64,000 nt of DNA from Octopus sinensis (GCF_006345805.1 NC_043005.1:83080001-83144000); one strand, 5' to 3'; counted from the first letter of the stretch, positions 25,576 to 38,625 are shown. Translations and numbers: made by a program. Notes: generated by a model from the sequence alone, not told the origin.

Positions 25576-25708
25576 TTATTATTCTGATAGAAAAATATTG
25601 TTTAGAGTGACTTCGAAGTTTCGACCAGCAAAGCCATCGTCAGATGTTGGCTTAGCTGGCCGAAACTTAGAAGTTCATGTCAACAACATACATGTATAAG
25701 AATAATAA
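25576..25708. repeat. 133-bp ungapped imperfect palindrome with mirrored hammerhead-like cores
   Basis: Centre at 25642; the inner arms 25609-25636/25648-25675 are 24/28 complementary. The minus strand reads CTGACGATGGCTTTGCTGGTCGAAACTTCGAAGTC. Confidence 0.75.
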
Positions 25709-25907
25709 ATTTGTACTCTACAAACGTATAGAGTAACCCATCACATTAATGTGAAATTATTTTTAATAAGTACCAGTTACGCACTGAGGTCGATGTAAGT
25801 GTCTTACCCTGCCCCTAGAATTGCTGGCGTTGCGCCGAAATTTGAAATGAATTATAACTAAAACATAAAAGCAAACTTTAATATAGGTATATAGGTATAT
25901 AGATGTC

Positions 25908-26265
25908 TCTCATCTTTTACTTCTTTCAGACATGAAAGATTGCGACCTTCCTGGGGTACCACCTTGAAGAATTTTAGTCGAATCGACCCCAGTACTTATT
26001 TCGTTTTGAGCTTGGTTGTTATTCTGTGGGTTTCTTTAGCCGAACTGCTAAGTTACGAAGATGAAAACACATCAACACCGATTACCAAGCGGCAGACAAA
26101 CACATACACAATAGCACACACGAGCCTCCTTCAGTTTTCTTCTATTAAATTCATTCATAGCGCTTTGGTCGACCAGACACTTGCCCAAGATGTCACGTAG
26201 TAGGACTGAAACCGGAACCATGAGTTTGGGAAACAAACTTCTTACCACACAGCCACGCGTGCACC
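25908..26265 (-). mobile_element. SINE family B, full length, decayed
   Basis: Head (cttaccacacagccacg) and tail (ttttacttctttcag...ggtaccaccttgaag) both present in reverse orientation. Confidence 0.75.
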
Positions 26266-26276
26266 TATACTCTAAA

Positions 26277-26666
<390 letters not shown>

Positions 26667-28127
26667 AAAAGGCTGTCAGCGAGGAAGCATTTAAATTTAT
26701 TATATTACTCTTATGTAAAATGAAGATTTATAATCACATATATGTCCATCAATAACCAATACAATAAAATGTTTTATTTTACAAGCATAAAAGTTCAGGA
26801 AGTTATTATTCGAAATGTCTGGCTGAAGGACTCGTGTTATTCGTTGAAAGTAAGGTAGAGTGAAAAATAACGTTTAACTATTACAAACTTGCATTTGGGT
26901 GACGACAGAGTGTCCTCTTGTTGCAACATGTGCCATCACATCAAGCATACGCTACAGTCATCCACAGTCTTCTAAATTATCCTTAAATTGAGACAGTTAC
27001 ACACAATAAAGAAATAGTTTCGCACTACTTCATTAAGGTACAATTACAATATTTAGTCGTACAAGTGGTAGGCTTGCATTCACTATTTATAGCCCTCGCG
27101 TATTTATAGCATCGCTGCAAGATTAGGCTTTCAAATTTTGAGGATCTTTTCAGTATGGCGCACAAATCTTTTAGTTAATTTTTTTTAAGTAAATAGTTTG
27201 AAACTTTGTGTACTGGTGGAATTTCTCACCCAGAACACGATTTACTTTGAACATTTTTGACAAAATTTCGTACATTAGAAGTTATTTCTTGTTAAAGTCG
27301 TCGTAATTGGGTAATTTTAGCCAATCAATGCCGTGTATTCAGTTGAAGAAAGATACTACTGTTTGCGATAGTAATCGAAGAAGAACAACTTCCAGGTCAT
27401 CTCTACTAAATGTCATCACTCTGTTCTATTCGAATGTCAAGCGAAGACGATGACACCTTTATCTCTTCTTCCTTTCTAGTCAGAACCCTGCATTCCTTAC
27501 TCTTTCCCTCCCTATTAGCGTGCCTGGAAGAAAACAAAGCATATTTGTTTTGTTTTACCTTCATATTTTGATAATGTTATTTTTAATCTAATAAAGACTT
27601 TTATTTTGACGAAATGTACTTGTTGTTGTGAGATAAAATCATAACAATAACAATCTGTCTCATAATTGTAAAATAAGGCATTTTGAAACTACATACACGT
27701 CAACAACAAAAAAAGCTAGCTGCGGGCTCGTAGCTCTATAGGGCTTTTAAACACTGGTGCGCTTTATGTGTGGATAAAACACCGATGTCGGGCGAATGTA
27801 TAAATATATGTAAATAACTACCAGAAACACCCGGCGTTGTCAGGGTTAAAGGCCTCTACATTGCCGTTCAATCTGAAAGAAATATGTAATCATATCACGC
27901 CACAACCGTTTAATTAAATAGGGATGGAGAAAGATACATAGGACAATGTACTTCCCGATATCCAAAAAGATGAGATGGTCGCAGACGGAACATCTTTGTT
28001 GCACCATGGCTGACCTGGGGGCTAAACAACAGGCAAACCGGATTCTAAGCTTAAATGAGGGAGTTGTTTTCTTTTATAAGATAATGTATGTACAATAATA
28101 GCCGGTATGGACGTTGACAGGTTAGAT

Positions 28128-28275
28128 GATTGGTTGGTTGGTTGGTTGGTTGGTTGGTTGGTTGGTTGGTTGGTTGGTTGGTTGGTTGTTGGTTGGTTGG
28201 TTGGTTGGTTGTTGGTTGGTTGGTTGGTTGACTGGTTGGTTGGTTGGTTGGTCGGCTAGCTGTTTGGTTGATTGA
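28128..28275. repeat. (GGTT)n microsatellite
   Basis: Seen directly. Confidence 0.95.
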
Positions 28276-29420
28276 CTGGTTTATTGATTTTTCCAGTCAC
28301 TCTTTACATCGTATAAAGAGAAGAAAGGGAGAGAGAGAGAGAGAGAGAGAGCAGAATAGAGGTATAGAGAGTTAACATAGGAGGTGCAGGGTGAGTGTTA
28401 TATAACTTTCTGAAAAATACACATTTTTTAATGAAATTTTCCAGAGATAGGTTTTTGATGAAGTAGATTGCGACAAGATTGATAAAGTTTAGGAAAAATA
28501 ATAACATATTTATTGCAAATATAGAAATGAGAAAATTGTTTTATTAAATTCATTTTAAGATAAAACAGAATATTTTTTCTTTTGAAAATTAGTATTCATT
28601 GCATCATTTTGTAGAAGCAACAAAAGATTTCATAAAAACTAAAGTACAATTATTGTATGTACGACATATTTCCTGGTATTAACCTTGGTGACAAAAGTAT
28701 ACTTCCAAAGTTACCTGTCTGTCAAATGATGGGTAATACTCTAGTTATACATATTTGAAAAGTTATTTTCTTAAGCAGTTATGTATGTAGTGTCATTAAT
28801 CCAAGGAAGATCACCCATAACTGGCTGTTGTAATAGTAATAATTGTTGTTGTTGTTGTTGCTGCTGCTGCCGCTGCTACTGCTGCTGCTACTGTTGTTTT
28901 CTAATCTCAAGTCGTCCCTATTCGAGCAGACCCATAGCGAAATGCTTTTCAGCTATGAGCTATAACTTATACCATCACTTTTGGTGGGGAGGAGAATTAT
29001 TTCTTTGTTTCTAGTTTATTTTTCAGACATTGTCGTACCATACACCATATCCTCTCATGTATAGAGTGTGATTCTGAAGTAGATTTGGCTGCTATATCTA
29101 ATAAGTTATGCTACTATATAGAAACAGAGTGTTTTCTTTGAGTGGTTTCTGAAAATGGAGCCAGGTCTGCTAGTGGACTATTATCAACAACCGGTATCAA
29201 TAACGACATTGTTTCGCTAATTCTTCAGAAAATACATGTAGTATGTGTTTTCTATGTATGTATGTATGTATGTATGTATGTATGGATGGATGGATGGATG
29301 GATGGATGGATGTGGGTATGTATGTGACTGTGTGTCTATGTTAGATATCTGTATTAAGTAATTCTAATATCAATTTTTCTCTGGTAGACATGTACATATA
29401 TATATATATATATATATATA

Positions 29421-30423
29421 CTAGCATTAAAGACCCGTCGTTGCCGGGTCATAGTGCTAGTGCATGTATATATGTGTATATATATGTGCACATATTACAT
29501 GTACATCTATATATATTCATCTACACATAAAATACAAAATACAAAGTTATATCTTGATATCGCTAGTGATAACAATACTCAAAATATATAACAGACTGGA
29601 ATTGTTAGCCCGTCTCTTGTAATTTCGATCAATTGTATCTTGTCCTCCCTCTTGTATAGAAGTGTGGCTACAATCCAGCCTACCTCTACTTCTGGGGGGG
29701 AGGGCATTTTTAATTTTTTCCCGGGACGTCCTACGTCCCAGATATAGAGGTAACAATAAAATATTTCCACTTTGCAAGTTCGAGTCGAGTACTCCCTTGC
29801 ACGCTCCGTTGACTCGAACCTTGCTTCTATTGTGGCGAATTTACCGCCTCTGATTAGATAACTTTCATAGTCGCACCAAGGCACTTTTCGAAGGTGCTTT
29901 TCTCCATGTGTTCAAATCTTCCTTTTTCTCTACATTGTATACTTTATAGACAATAGTCTTTTCTTTAATTTAATTTTTTATTATCCATCTGGACTATTCC
30001 ATTTCTGCACGCTAATTTTATTTTTAATTTATTCCCATTCATGTGAAACCACTTATTCAAGTTCAAGTCATTGATGCAATTTTATACCAATTGCTATTTT
30101 TACTTTTTTTTATGTTGCGATTTTAATTATTACTTACTACATATAATTCAATTGTTATTATTATTTTATTGTTAAAGTGAAAGTATCTGACATAAAATAG
30201 AGAAATGTTTTTGTTTCACTTTTAACACGTAATACTGAAATAGTGGAGAAGATATGATATTGCTATGGGCTCGCTCTAGGCAAGAAGTTGAACATTTTTT
30301 TGCCCATGAAACTACATGGACCCTAAGTAAGGCATGTGTAAAATTTGAATGAAATTGGTTGTGTAGTTCTCAAGTTTTAGGGAAACACACAGACAGACAT
30401 TCTCAGTTTTATATATATAAAGA
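29421..30423 (-). mobile_element. Non-autonomous Helitron (long copy)
   Basis: Same TC...hairpin-CTAG termini and A/T target as 3797-4527; colinear with it apart from an extra segment of about 307 bp (29610-29916). Confidence 0.75.
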
Positions 30424-30859
30424 TATATATATATATAATATCGCTTATGCAACAGCATTTGAATAAGACTGAAATATATTAAACATTATCTGATTCATTA
30501 GTTTAGGAATTTACTTGTTTCAGTCTTTGCATTGCAGCCATACTGGAGCACAATCTTGAAGAGTTTAATCGAACAACTCGACCATTGTACTTACATGTTT
30601 GGTAACTCCTTGATCCCATATTATTTGTCGAACTGCTAAGTTATGGAGGTACAATTTGTCAAGCAAAATACACACACACACACACATATATATATACACG
30701 TATATATATATATATATATATACAAAATAAGAAAATGGAGAAATACATCCAAATCAAATATCAACTACCAGATGATACCCAATCACATACTTTATTAAGC
30801 CACCACATAAGAAACTTTAAGGTCAAACATAATAGTATATGACAAAACAGTGTACATAT

Positions 30860-30891
<32 letters not shown>

Positions 30892-30895
30892 ATAT

Positions 30896-30946
<51 letters not shown>

Positions 30947-31134
30947 GCATACAAGTATTATGTATATCTATGTAAGTATAACTATTACAAGAAAAAGCTT
31001 GACACTGATAGTGTGATGAAGTCGAGCAAACCGAAACTCCGAAGCCATTCTAAGCTCGTAAAAATCTATAAATACTCTACTACTGTAGAGTATCGGGTAA
31101 TCGTTTAGTTTAATATCAAATTGTTTTTTTTTAA

Positions 31135-31535
31135 GTCGCATGTATGGCTATGTGATAAGATTCTTACTTCCCAACCACATGGTTCGGGGTTCAGTCCCAC
31201 TGGTCGTAACACTGGACAAGTGTCTTCTACTGCAGCCTCAGGCCGACCAAATCCTTGTGAGTGAATTTGGTAGAAACTGAAAGCGACCCGTCGCGTGTAT
31301 TTGTGTGTGTGTGCCTTTGTGTTTGTGTTTATTCCCCGCTACTTCCGCTTGACAACCGGTGTTTGTGTGTTTACGTCCCCATAACTTAGCGGCTTGGCAA
31401 AAGAGAATGATAGAATAAGTACCGGACTTTTAAAAAAATAAGAACTAGAGTCGATACATTCGACTAAAATTTCTTCAAGGCGGTGCCGCAATATGGCCGC
31501 AGTCTAATGACTGAAACAAGTGAAAGATAAAAGAA
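31135..31535 (+). mobile_element. SINE family B, full length
   Basis: Head ...GGGTTCAGTCCCACTG, internal (TG)n, tail AAGGCGGTGCCGCAATATGGCCGCAGTCTAATGACTGAAACAAG. Confidence 0.8.
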
Positions 31536-31873
31536 ACCAACAATAATATATAGCGAGATAAATAAGTACGTACGCATGTGTGTATTTTTACGTGTGTGTA
31601 TATATGCATATACATATATACATATATATACATATATAAATATATATACATATATATATGCATATACATATATATACGTTTAAATAAATATATATATACA
31701 TATTTTTATACATATATGTATATATATATATGCATATACATACATATATATACGTCTATATAAATATATATATACATATGTTTATATATATATATAATAT
31801 ATTATATATATATATATATATATACATATACATACATACATGTGGAGGCGCAATGGTCCAGTGGTTAGGGCAG

Positions 31874-32580
31874 ACGGCTAGCTGGGTGGATTCTCCGAAC
31901 TTTCAGAACAAGAGAGAAGTAGACACTGATGATATTTTGGAAGACATTGGTCCTCAGCCACTAGGACTACTGCTTCCAACTATGATCACCACACCGTGTA
32001 AAGTTAACCGCAGAACTCGAAGCAATCCAACGAAGCTACACTAAGAACATTGCCTCAATGCAATATATCAGCTACTGGGGAAAGACTGAAAGTATTAAAA
32101 CCCTTCTCCCTGGAGCGAAGGCGGGAGAGATATGTAGTGATATACATCTGGAAAATCCTGGAGGGGCTTGTCCAAAAATTTCGGCATTGAAAGCTACCCC
32201 CAACAGCAGAACGGGGCGCCACTGCATGGTGCCAAAGATCTCAACATCACCATCAAAATACAGGACCAGATACTGCAACAGCTTGGATTTCAGGGGACCA
32301 CAGCTCTTCAATATCCTTCCTAAATGCCTGAGAGACCAGCATGGTGTGGATGTGGGTTTCTTTAAAACTAAACTCGATCTCTTCTTGTCAGGGGTTCCAG
32401 ATGAACCTACCTCTCGGCAGGAAATTCAGATGCGGCAGCGGCGTCGAATTACTTTCTTGACCAAATGCCACGTATCAGAAGTGGTTTCACATACTAGAGT
32501 AGCACAGTCAAAGGTGGTGCCCCGGCACGGCCGCAGCTTTCGGGCTGAAACATTTTAAAGGATATTTTTAAGGATTGATA
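31874..32580 (+). mobile_element. CR1-type LINE 3' fragment (about 700 bp) preceded by a SINE A head (31843-31873)
   Basis: [40 protein letters not shown] and KTKLDLFLSGVPDEP, then a 3' UTR ending GGTGGTGCCCCGGCACGGCCGCAGC...CTGAAAC. Confidence 0.9.
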
Positions 32581-32598
32581 TACATGTGTATGTATGTA

Positions 32599-32703
<105 letters not shown>

Positions 32704-33384
32704 CGTACATACACATATATTTGTGTGTATATATATAAATATATAAATATATTTATTCATATATATATACATATATATATACTTATATATATATACATAT
32801 ATTTACATATATTTATACATACATATATATATACATATATATTATACGTATATATATATATATAATATATATATATATACACATACATAAGTAGATACAC
32901 TTATATTTGTGTGTGTATAACTGAATTATTGTGTGTGTGTTAGTGTGTGTATCTGTGTGTGTGTGTGTGTGTCTGTGTGTGCGTGTGCATACGGGTGCAC
33001 GAGCGTTTGTGTGTGTGTGTGTTCAAAAGAAAATTCATTCCTACGTTACTTCTTCCTAACGACGCCAGCCTGTCTGCTCTTCTTCCCTTTGGTAGGCTGC
33101 TATTTCTCACTATTAAAACGTTATCAAACAAGCATGGAAAGATAGCAAGTCACACGATCTAGTAATGCAGAATTTCTCCATTACAGATAGTTCCCCTAGG
33201 GACATACATATATTCTTATATTACGAACAGCATCGTAACATATCTATAATAACCAAGTGGTAGTGAACCCGTTTCTATGATCCATCGGATCATGGGGTCA
33301 ACTCTGAAAGCCTTCGTGTGCTTATTCATATATTCATATTATATATATATATTTGAACATAGATATACTTATATTTGTCTGCGC

Positions 33385-33417
<33 letters not shown>

Positions 33418-33452
33418 AAGAATGAGAGAGAGAGAGAGGGAGAGAGAGAGAA

Positions 33453-33521
<69 letters not shown>

Positions 33522-33859
33522 GATATCTATTGAGAGAGAAAGAGATATGTATACACATATGTATATGTATGTATAGAGTAGGTGTATATATATATATATA
33601 TCAGCTTATGCATGTGTGTGTGTGTGTGTGTGTGTGTGCCTCAGTATGTCTGCGTGTCCATCATTGTAGATGTGTCTAGTTGCATGTGCTTGGAGTATAT
33701 ACATGATCGTGTTTATGCTTGCAGAAAACTGTCATAGTTATAAAGAACGATTTACCGTATTTTTCCAGTTACTTGCATTCCGAGTTCAAATCTTGGGCAT
33801 GTCAGTTTTGCCTATTGTGTTTCCTTGATCGAAGAATTTATGTGTCAAAATAACCAAGT

Positions 33860-33910
<51 letters not shown>

Positions 33911-33911
33911 T

Positions 33912-33945
<34 letters not shown>

Positions 33946-34378
33946 CCTCCATTTCTCACTCTCTCTTTCTGTGACTCTTCTACGTTGCTGAATATACGAC
34001 TCCGAAATGCCCATAGCACGAAAGTAAAAGCGTGAATACAACAGGAGGGACTATCATCGATACGCTGCCAAATTACCAAAATAAACTTGTTTGAAAAACA
34101 ACATTACTATTGACATCCTTTCTACATGTCCTTTTAATTCACATTTTTGACAAGTTACAGAAACAATACACATACAGGTGATAGAATTCGAACCTATCCA
34201 CCCACTTACATAAGTAACCTCACTGCTTCAACAACAACGTAACTAAATTGACAATAAATTCGAAATAACATTTAAAAAATGGTTAAATGACACAACACTG
34301 ACGCAAATTAATACATTATAAAACTTTAGAATATTATAAATCAAAATTATTATATTTAAACATTATAAGTTCAACAAA

Positions 34379-34590
34379 GGCGGCACACCAGTAGAATCGT
34401 TAGCACACCGAGTAAAATGCTTAGCAGCATTTCATCCATTTTCGTGTTTTAAGTTCAAATTAAACTGATGTCGACCTTGCCTTTCGTCCCTTCGGGACGA
34501 TAAAATGAGAACCACTCGATCACTGGGGTCGATATAAACGACTTATTCCCAACCTTAACTTGCTGGTTTTGCGCAAAAGTTTGTAAAGCA
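34379..34590 (+). mobile_element. SINE family C, decayed
   Basis: GGCGGCACACCAGTAGAATCGTTAGCA...AAGTTCAAATT...GTCGACCTTGCCTTTCGTCCCTTCGGG. Confidence 0.75.
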
Positions 34591-34650
34591 ATATTACTAT
34601 AATAAAGCATTATAGTATCACAATTGAAAATAAACGCTTAACCTATTGTG

Positions 34651-34699
<49 letters not shown>

Positions 34700-35054
34700 T
34701 ATATAAGTATGCATGCGTACGTAGGTGTTTATGTGCATGTATGCCTACCAATGCGAATGCATTCATGTGCGAGCATGTATGGGGAAAGTGTACATGTGCA
34801 TGTATAAAAGCGTTGCTCTTGTGATAAGATACAAAGCTGAATCAAAAGTTTCGAATTTTCACTCATGATTTTTGTCAACTTCTATAACCATGTTGTATTA
34901 TTAATTTGATACAACTTGTCAAATCGGTGCTGAATTGTTTATTTTTTCTTTTACAACTTTGATACTGAGAGATGGAGAAATTGTAACTGGAACCATGTAG
35001 TGTCTGTTTATGACTTTCAGTTACTGTAACATTCAGCATTATCAAGTAGTTGCT

Positions 35055-35830
35055 ATTTTATGGCTCTCCTTTGGCGAACCGCTAAGTTATTTTATCGATC
35101 TCCTTTCGCGAACCCCTAAGTTATTTTCTCGAAATCCTTTGGCGAACCGCTAGGTAATTTTATCGATCTTCTATAGCGAACCGCTGAGTTATTTTATCGA
35201 TCTTCTTTGGCGAACCGCTAAGACATTTTATCGATCTCGATTGGCGAACCGCTAAGTTATTTAATCATCACGTTTGGTGAACCGTTAAGTTGTTTTATCG
35301 ATCACCTTTGGCGAACCGCTAAGTTATTTTATTGAACACGTTTGGCGAAACGCTAAGATATTTTATCGACCTTGTTTGGTGAACCGCTGATTTATTTTAT
35401 CGATCTCCTTTGGTAAACCGCTAATGTTATGTTATCGATCTCCTTTGGCGAACCACTAAGTTATTTTATCGATCAACTTTGGCGAACCGCTAGGTTATTG
35501 TATCGATTAACTTTGTCAAACCGATCTTCTTTTGTGAACCGCTAAATTGTTTTATCGATCGCTTTAGGCGACCCGCTAAGTTATTTAATCATCACGTTTG
35601 GCGAACCGCTAAGTTATTTTATCGATTCTTTGGGCAAACCGCTAAGTTATTTTATCGATCTTGTTTGGTGAACCGCTCAGTCATTTTATCGATTACGTTT
35701 GTGAAACCGCCAAGTTATTTTATCGAACTCCTTTGGCGAACTGCTAAGTTATCTTCTCGATCTCCTTTGGCGAACCGCTAGGTTATTTTATCGATTACTT
35801 TTGGCGACTTGCTAAGTTATTTTATCGATC
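35055..35830. repeat. 34-bp minisatellite, about 23 copies, derived from the SINE B body
   Basis: Unit CTCCTTTGGCGAACCGCTAAGTTATTTTATCGAT, head-to-tail with no spacers. It matches the reverse complement of SINE B 47940-47975 (TTATTCTATCGGTCTCTTTT..GCCGAACCGCTAAG). Confidence 0.9.
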
Positions 35831-35974
35831 TTATTTCTTTCGCATATCACCCTGTCTTCCTCCGTCTCTCTCTCTCTCTCTCTCTCTTTCCTTCCTTCCC
35901 TCCACATTCTCTTTATACCGACGTTTGATAGCTTCGCCGTCTCTCTGTCACTCTTCTTGCCACCACCTCTCTCA

Positions 35975-36430
35975 CTGTACGTGTGTCCTGAAGCGCGACC
36001 CGTTCTAGCATTGGTATAGCTTTCAATGACAAAATTTGGCACAATCTCTTCTAGGATCTTCCAGATGTATACTGCATATATCTCCCACCTTCGCACCAGG
36101 GAGTAGAGTTAGCTTGCTTCAGCCTATCCCAGTAGCTGATCTGTTTCAATGAGACGGTCGACTTGCTTTTCATCCTTTAGGGGTTGATAAATTAAGTACC
36201 AGTTTCATACATCTAATCGACTGGCTCTCGTAAATCTAATCGACTGGCTCTCTCCTCCAAAAACATTCGGGCCTTGTGCTTAGAGTAGAAAAGAATGAGA
36301 CGATCTTCTTTGTGAAGCTTCGCAAGATTGCTTTAAGGTCCGCTGTTAATTTTACACTGGTGGGTGACCATAGCTGAGTGCAATAACCCAGGCGGATGAG
36401 GTTCTCAAGATCCATCTAGCCAGTCGTTTG
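35975..36430 (-). mobile_element. CR1-type LINE fragment interrupted by a 5'-truncated SINE C (36157-36293)
   Basis: YAVYIWKILEEIVPNFVIESYTNARTG. The SINE is flanked by the 9-bp direct repeat AATGAGACG (36148-36156, 36294-36302). Confidence 0.85.
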
Positions 36431-36484
36431 CACACACACACACACACACGCAAACACACACACACACACATATATGTATATTAT

Positions 36485-36527
<43 letters not shown>

Positions 36528-36554
36528 ATATACATATATATATATATATATATA

Positions 36555-36611
<57 letters not shown>

Positions 36612-36613
36612 AC

Positions 36614-36645
<32 letters not shown>

Positions 36646-36761
36646 TATATTATATATATAATATATATATATTAGAAGAGGCTCTTAGTAATAACAGTAT
36701 AGCGCAAAACGGCTCTGAGCTGAAACTTAATATATTTATATGTGTATATATATATATATAT

Positions 36762-38048
36762 ACATATAAATATATTAAGTTTCAGCTCAGAGCTGCGGAC
36801 ATGCTGATACACCACCGTTTTGCGCTACACTGTTATTACTAAGAGCCTCCTCTAATATGTGGCACTTGATGAAGAATGGAGTTTGATATAGCTACCCTCA
36901 TTTGCACCTCTTGCCGTGAGGTAGGCTCATCTGAGACTCTCGACAGGAAGGGGTTCAGCTTTGATTTTAAATCCCCCACATCTACTTTGTGCAAGTTCCT
37001 CAGACTCTTTGGGAGAATATTAAAAAGCTGTGGGTCCTTGAAATCCAGGCTGTTGCAGTAACTGGTCCTGAAGCGTGATGGCATTGCTGGGATCTTTGGC
37101 ACTATATAGTGTTGTCCCGTTCTGGCATTAGTGTAGCTTTCAATGCCAAAATTTGGCACAATTCCTTCCAGGATCTTCCAGATATATATTACTGCATACC
37201 TCTCCCGTCTTCTCCCCAGGGAGTAGAGTCTTAGCTGTTTCAACCTTTCCCAGTAGCTGAGCTGTTGCAAAGAGACGATCTTCTTTGTAAATCTTCTCTG
37301 GATTGCTTCAAGGTACTGCTGTTAATTTCACACTGGTAGGTGACCATAGCTGTGAGCAGTAATCCAGGCAGCTGAGGACGAATGTCCGCCAGAGGACCAT
37401 CATGGTTTCCTTATCTCTGGTTCTGAATGTTCTTAGGATCCATCCAGCCAGTCGTCTGCACTTTGTCGCCATCCTGGTAATGTGCACTTGGAAAGAGGTA
37501 TCATCACTCATGTCGAACCCAGGTCCTTCACTGACTTAGGCTCTGGGATTAAAATTCCCTGTGGACCGGTGTACCCTGTAGGTTTAATATTCAGTTTTGG
37601 ATGCTGGTAGCGCAGGGCCTGGAATAAAACTCCCATCAGCATAAAACTCCCATCTGTAAATTGAGTCCAACTCCTGCTGCAGGTGTGCAACATCGCTGGG
37701 ATTCTGTATTTTCTGCGAGACTTTCGTATCATCTGCATAGCTTGCTAGAGTGGCTATCCGGGCATTTGAGGGCATATCTCAGAGAGCCGCTATAAAAAGC
37801 AGTGGTCCCAAAACAGTGCCCTGTGGAACACCGCCCACTATTTGTGTGTTCATAGAGGTAGCTCCATTAGCCACTACTGCCTGATTCCTATCTTCCAGGA
37901 AGTCAGGTAACCACTTTCCAAGTTTTCCAGCTATGTCAAGGTCGCGCAGTTTGTGGCATATCATACCATGATCCACCTTGTCAAAAGCTTTTGCAAAATC
38001 AAGGTCTATTACGTCTACATTTGATTTGTTGAGTAGCTGCCTCAACAC
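36762..38048 (-). mobile_element. CR1-type LINE, 3' about 1.3 kb of ORF2 plus tail
   Basis: DVIDLDFAKAFDKVDHG, GVPQGTVLGPLLF, SYADDTK, LDYCSQLWSP and GPQLFNILP-like segment, with the 3' tail; frameshifted. Confidence 0.92.
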
Positions 38049-38171
38049 CCATATATATATATACATACATATATATATATATATATCATATATACATATA
38101 TATATATATATATTTATCATATATACATATATCATACATACATATCATATATACATATATCATATATATAC

Positions 38172-38202
<31 letters not shown>

Positions 38203-38211
38203 CATATATAA

Positions 38212-38253
<42 letters not shown>

Positions 38254-38581
38254 GTCTGACTTGTTTGGCTTCGTAGGCTGGAGGGAAGCATAAACTGGGT
38301 CTTGCGGATTGGTTATATACAATTATTCTAAAATCCCTATTTGTAATGTAAGCCAAAGTAAGTGGATAAATGCATCAATATACATTCTAACAACCCTGAA
38401 GTTACGATTATTTATTTTAGAGAACGTTAAAACTAAAAGAAATAATTAAGGTGGTGAGCTGATAGAATCGTTAACATGCAGGGCAAAAATGCTTAGATCC
38501 AAAATTTGAAACGAAAATTATAAATGTTTTTTTTTTTAGTTTTTAAAAAAAAATTGAGCCGAGAACCAGATTAAACATTGC

Positions 38582-38625
38582 TGCGGGTTGGATTCGGCCC
38601 ATGGGGTGTATGTTTGACACCCCAG
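38582..38625. mobile_element. hAT (Charlie-like) terminal fragment
   Basis: GCGGGTTGGATTCGGCCC...GTTTGACACCCCAG resembles the CAGGGGTGTCAAAC terminus with GGCCCGCGGGCC subterminal motifs. Confidence 0.5.

Noticed and set aside
27033-27400. Possible Kolobok-type terminus (TTAA|GG...) and decayed non-autonomous DNA transposon
   Set aside because: No matching second terminus or TSD found.
27816-27848. Third Helitron-like 3' end (ACTACC...ACCCGGCGTTGTCAGGGT)
   Set aside because: The terminal CTAG is not intact and no 5' end or body homology was found.
31013-31045. Further hammerhead-like motif GTGATGAAGTCGAGCAAACCGAAACTCCGAAG
   Set aside because: Core C3 is missing, and helix II, helix III and the cleavage triplet are broken; at most a decayed PLE remnant.
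35055-35830. CRISPR-like array (34-bp unit)
   Set aside because: Units are head-to-tail without unique spacers, derive from a SINE, there are no cas genes, and the context is eukaryotic.
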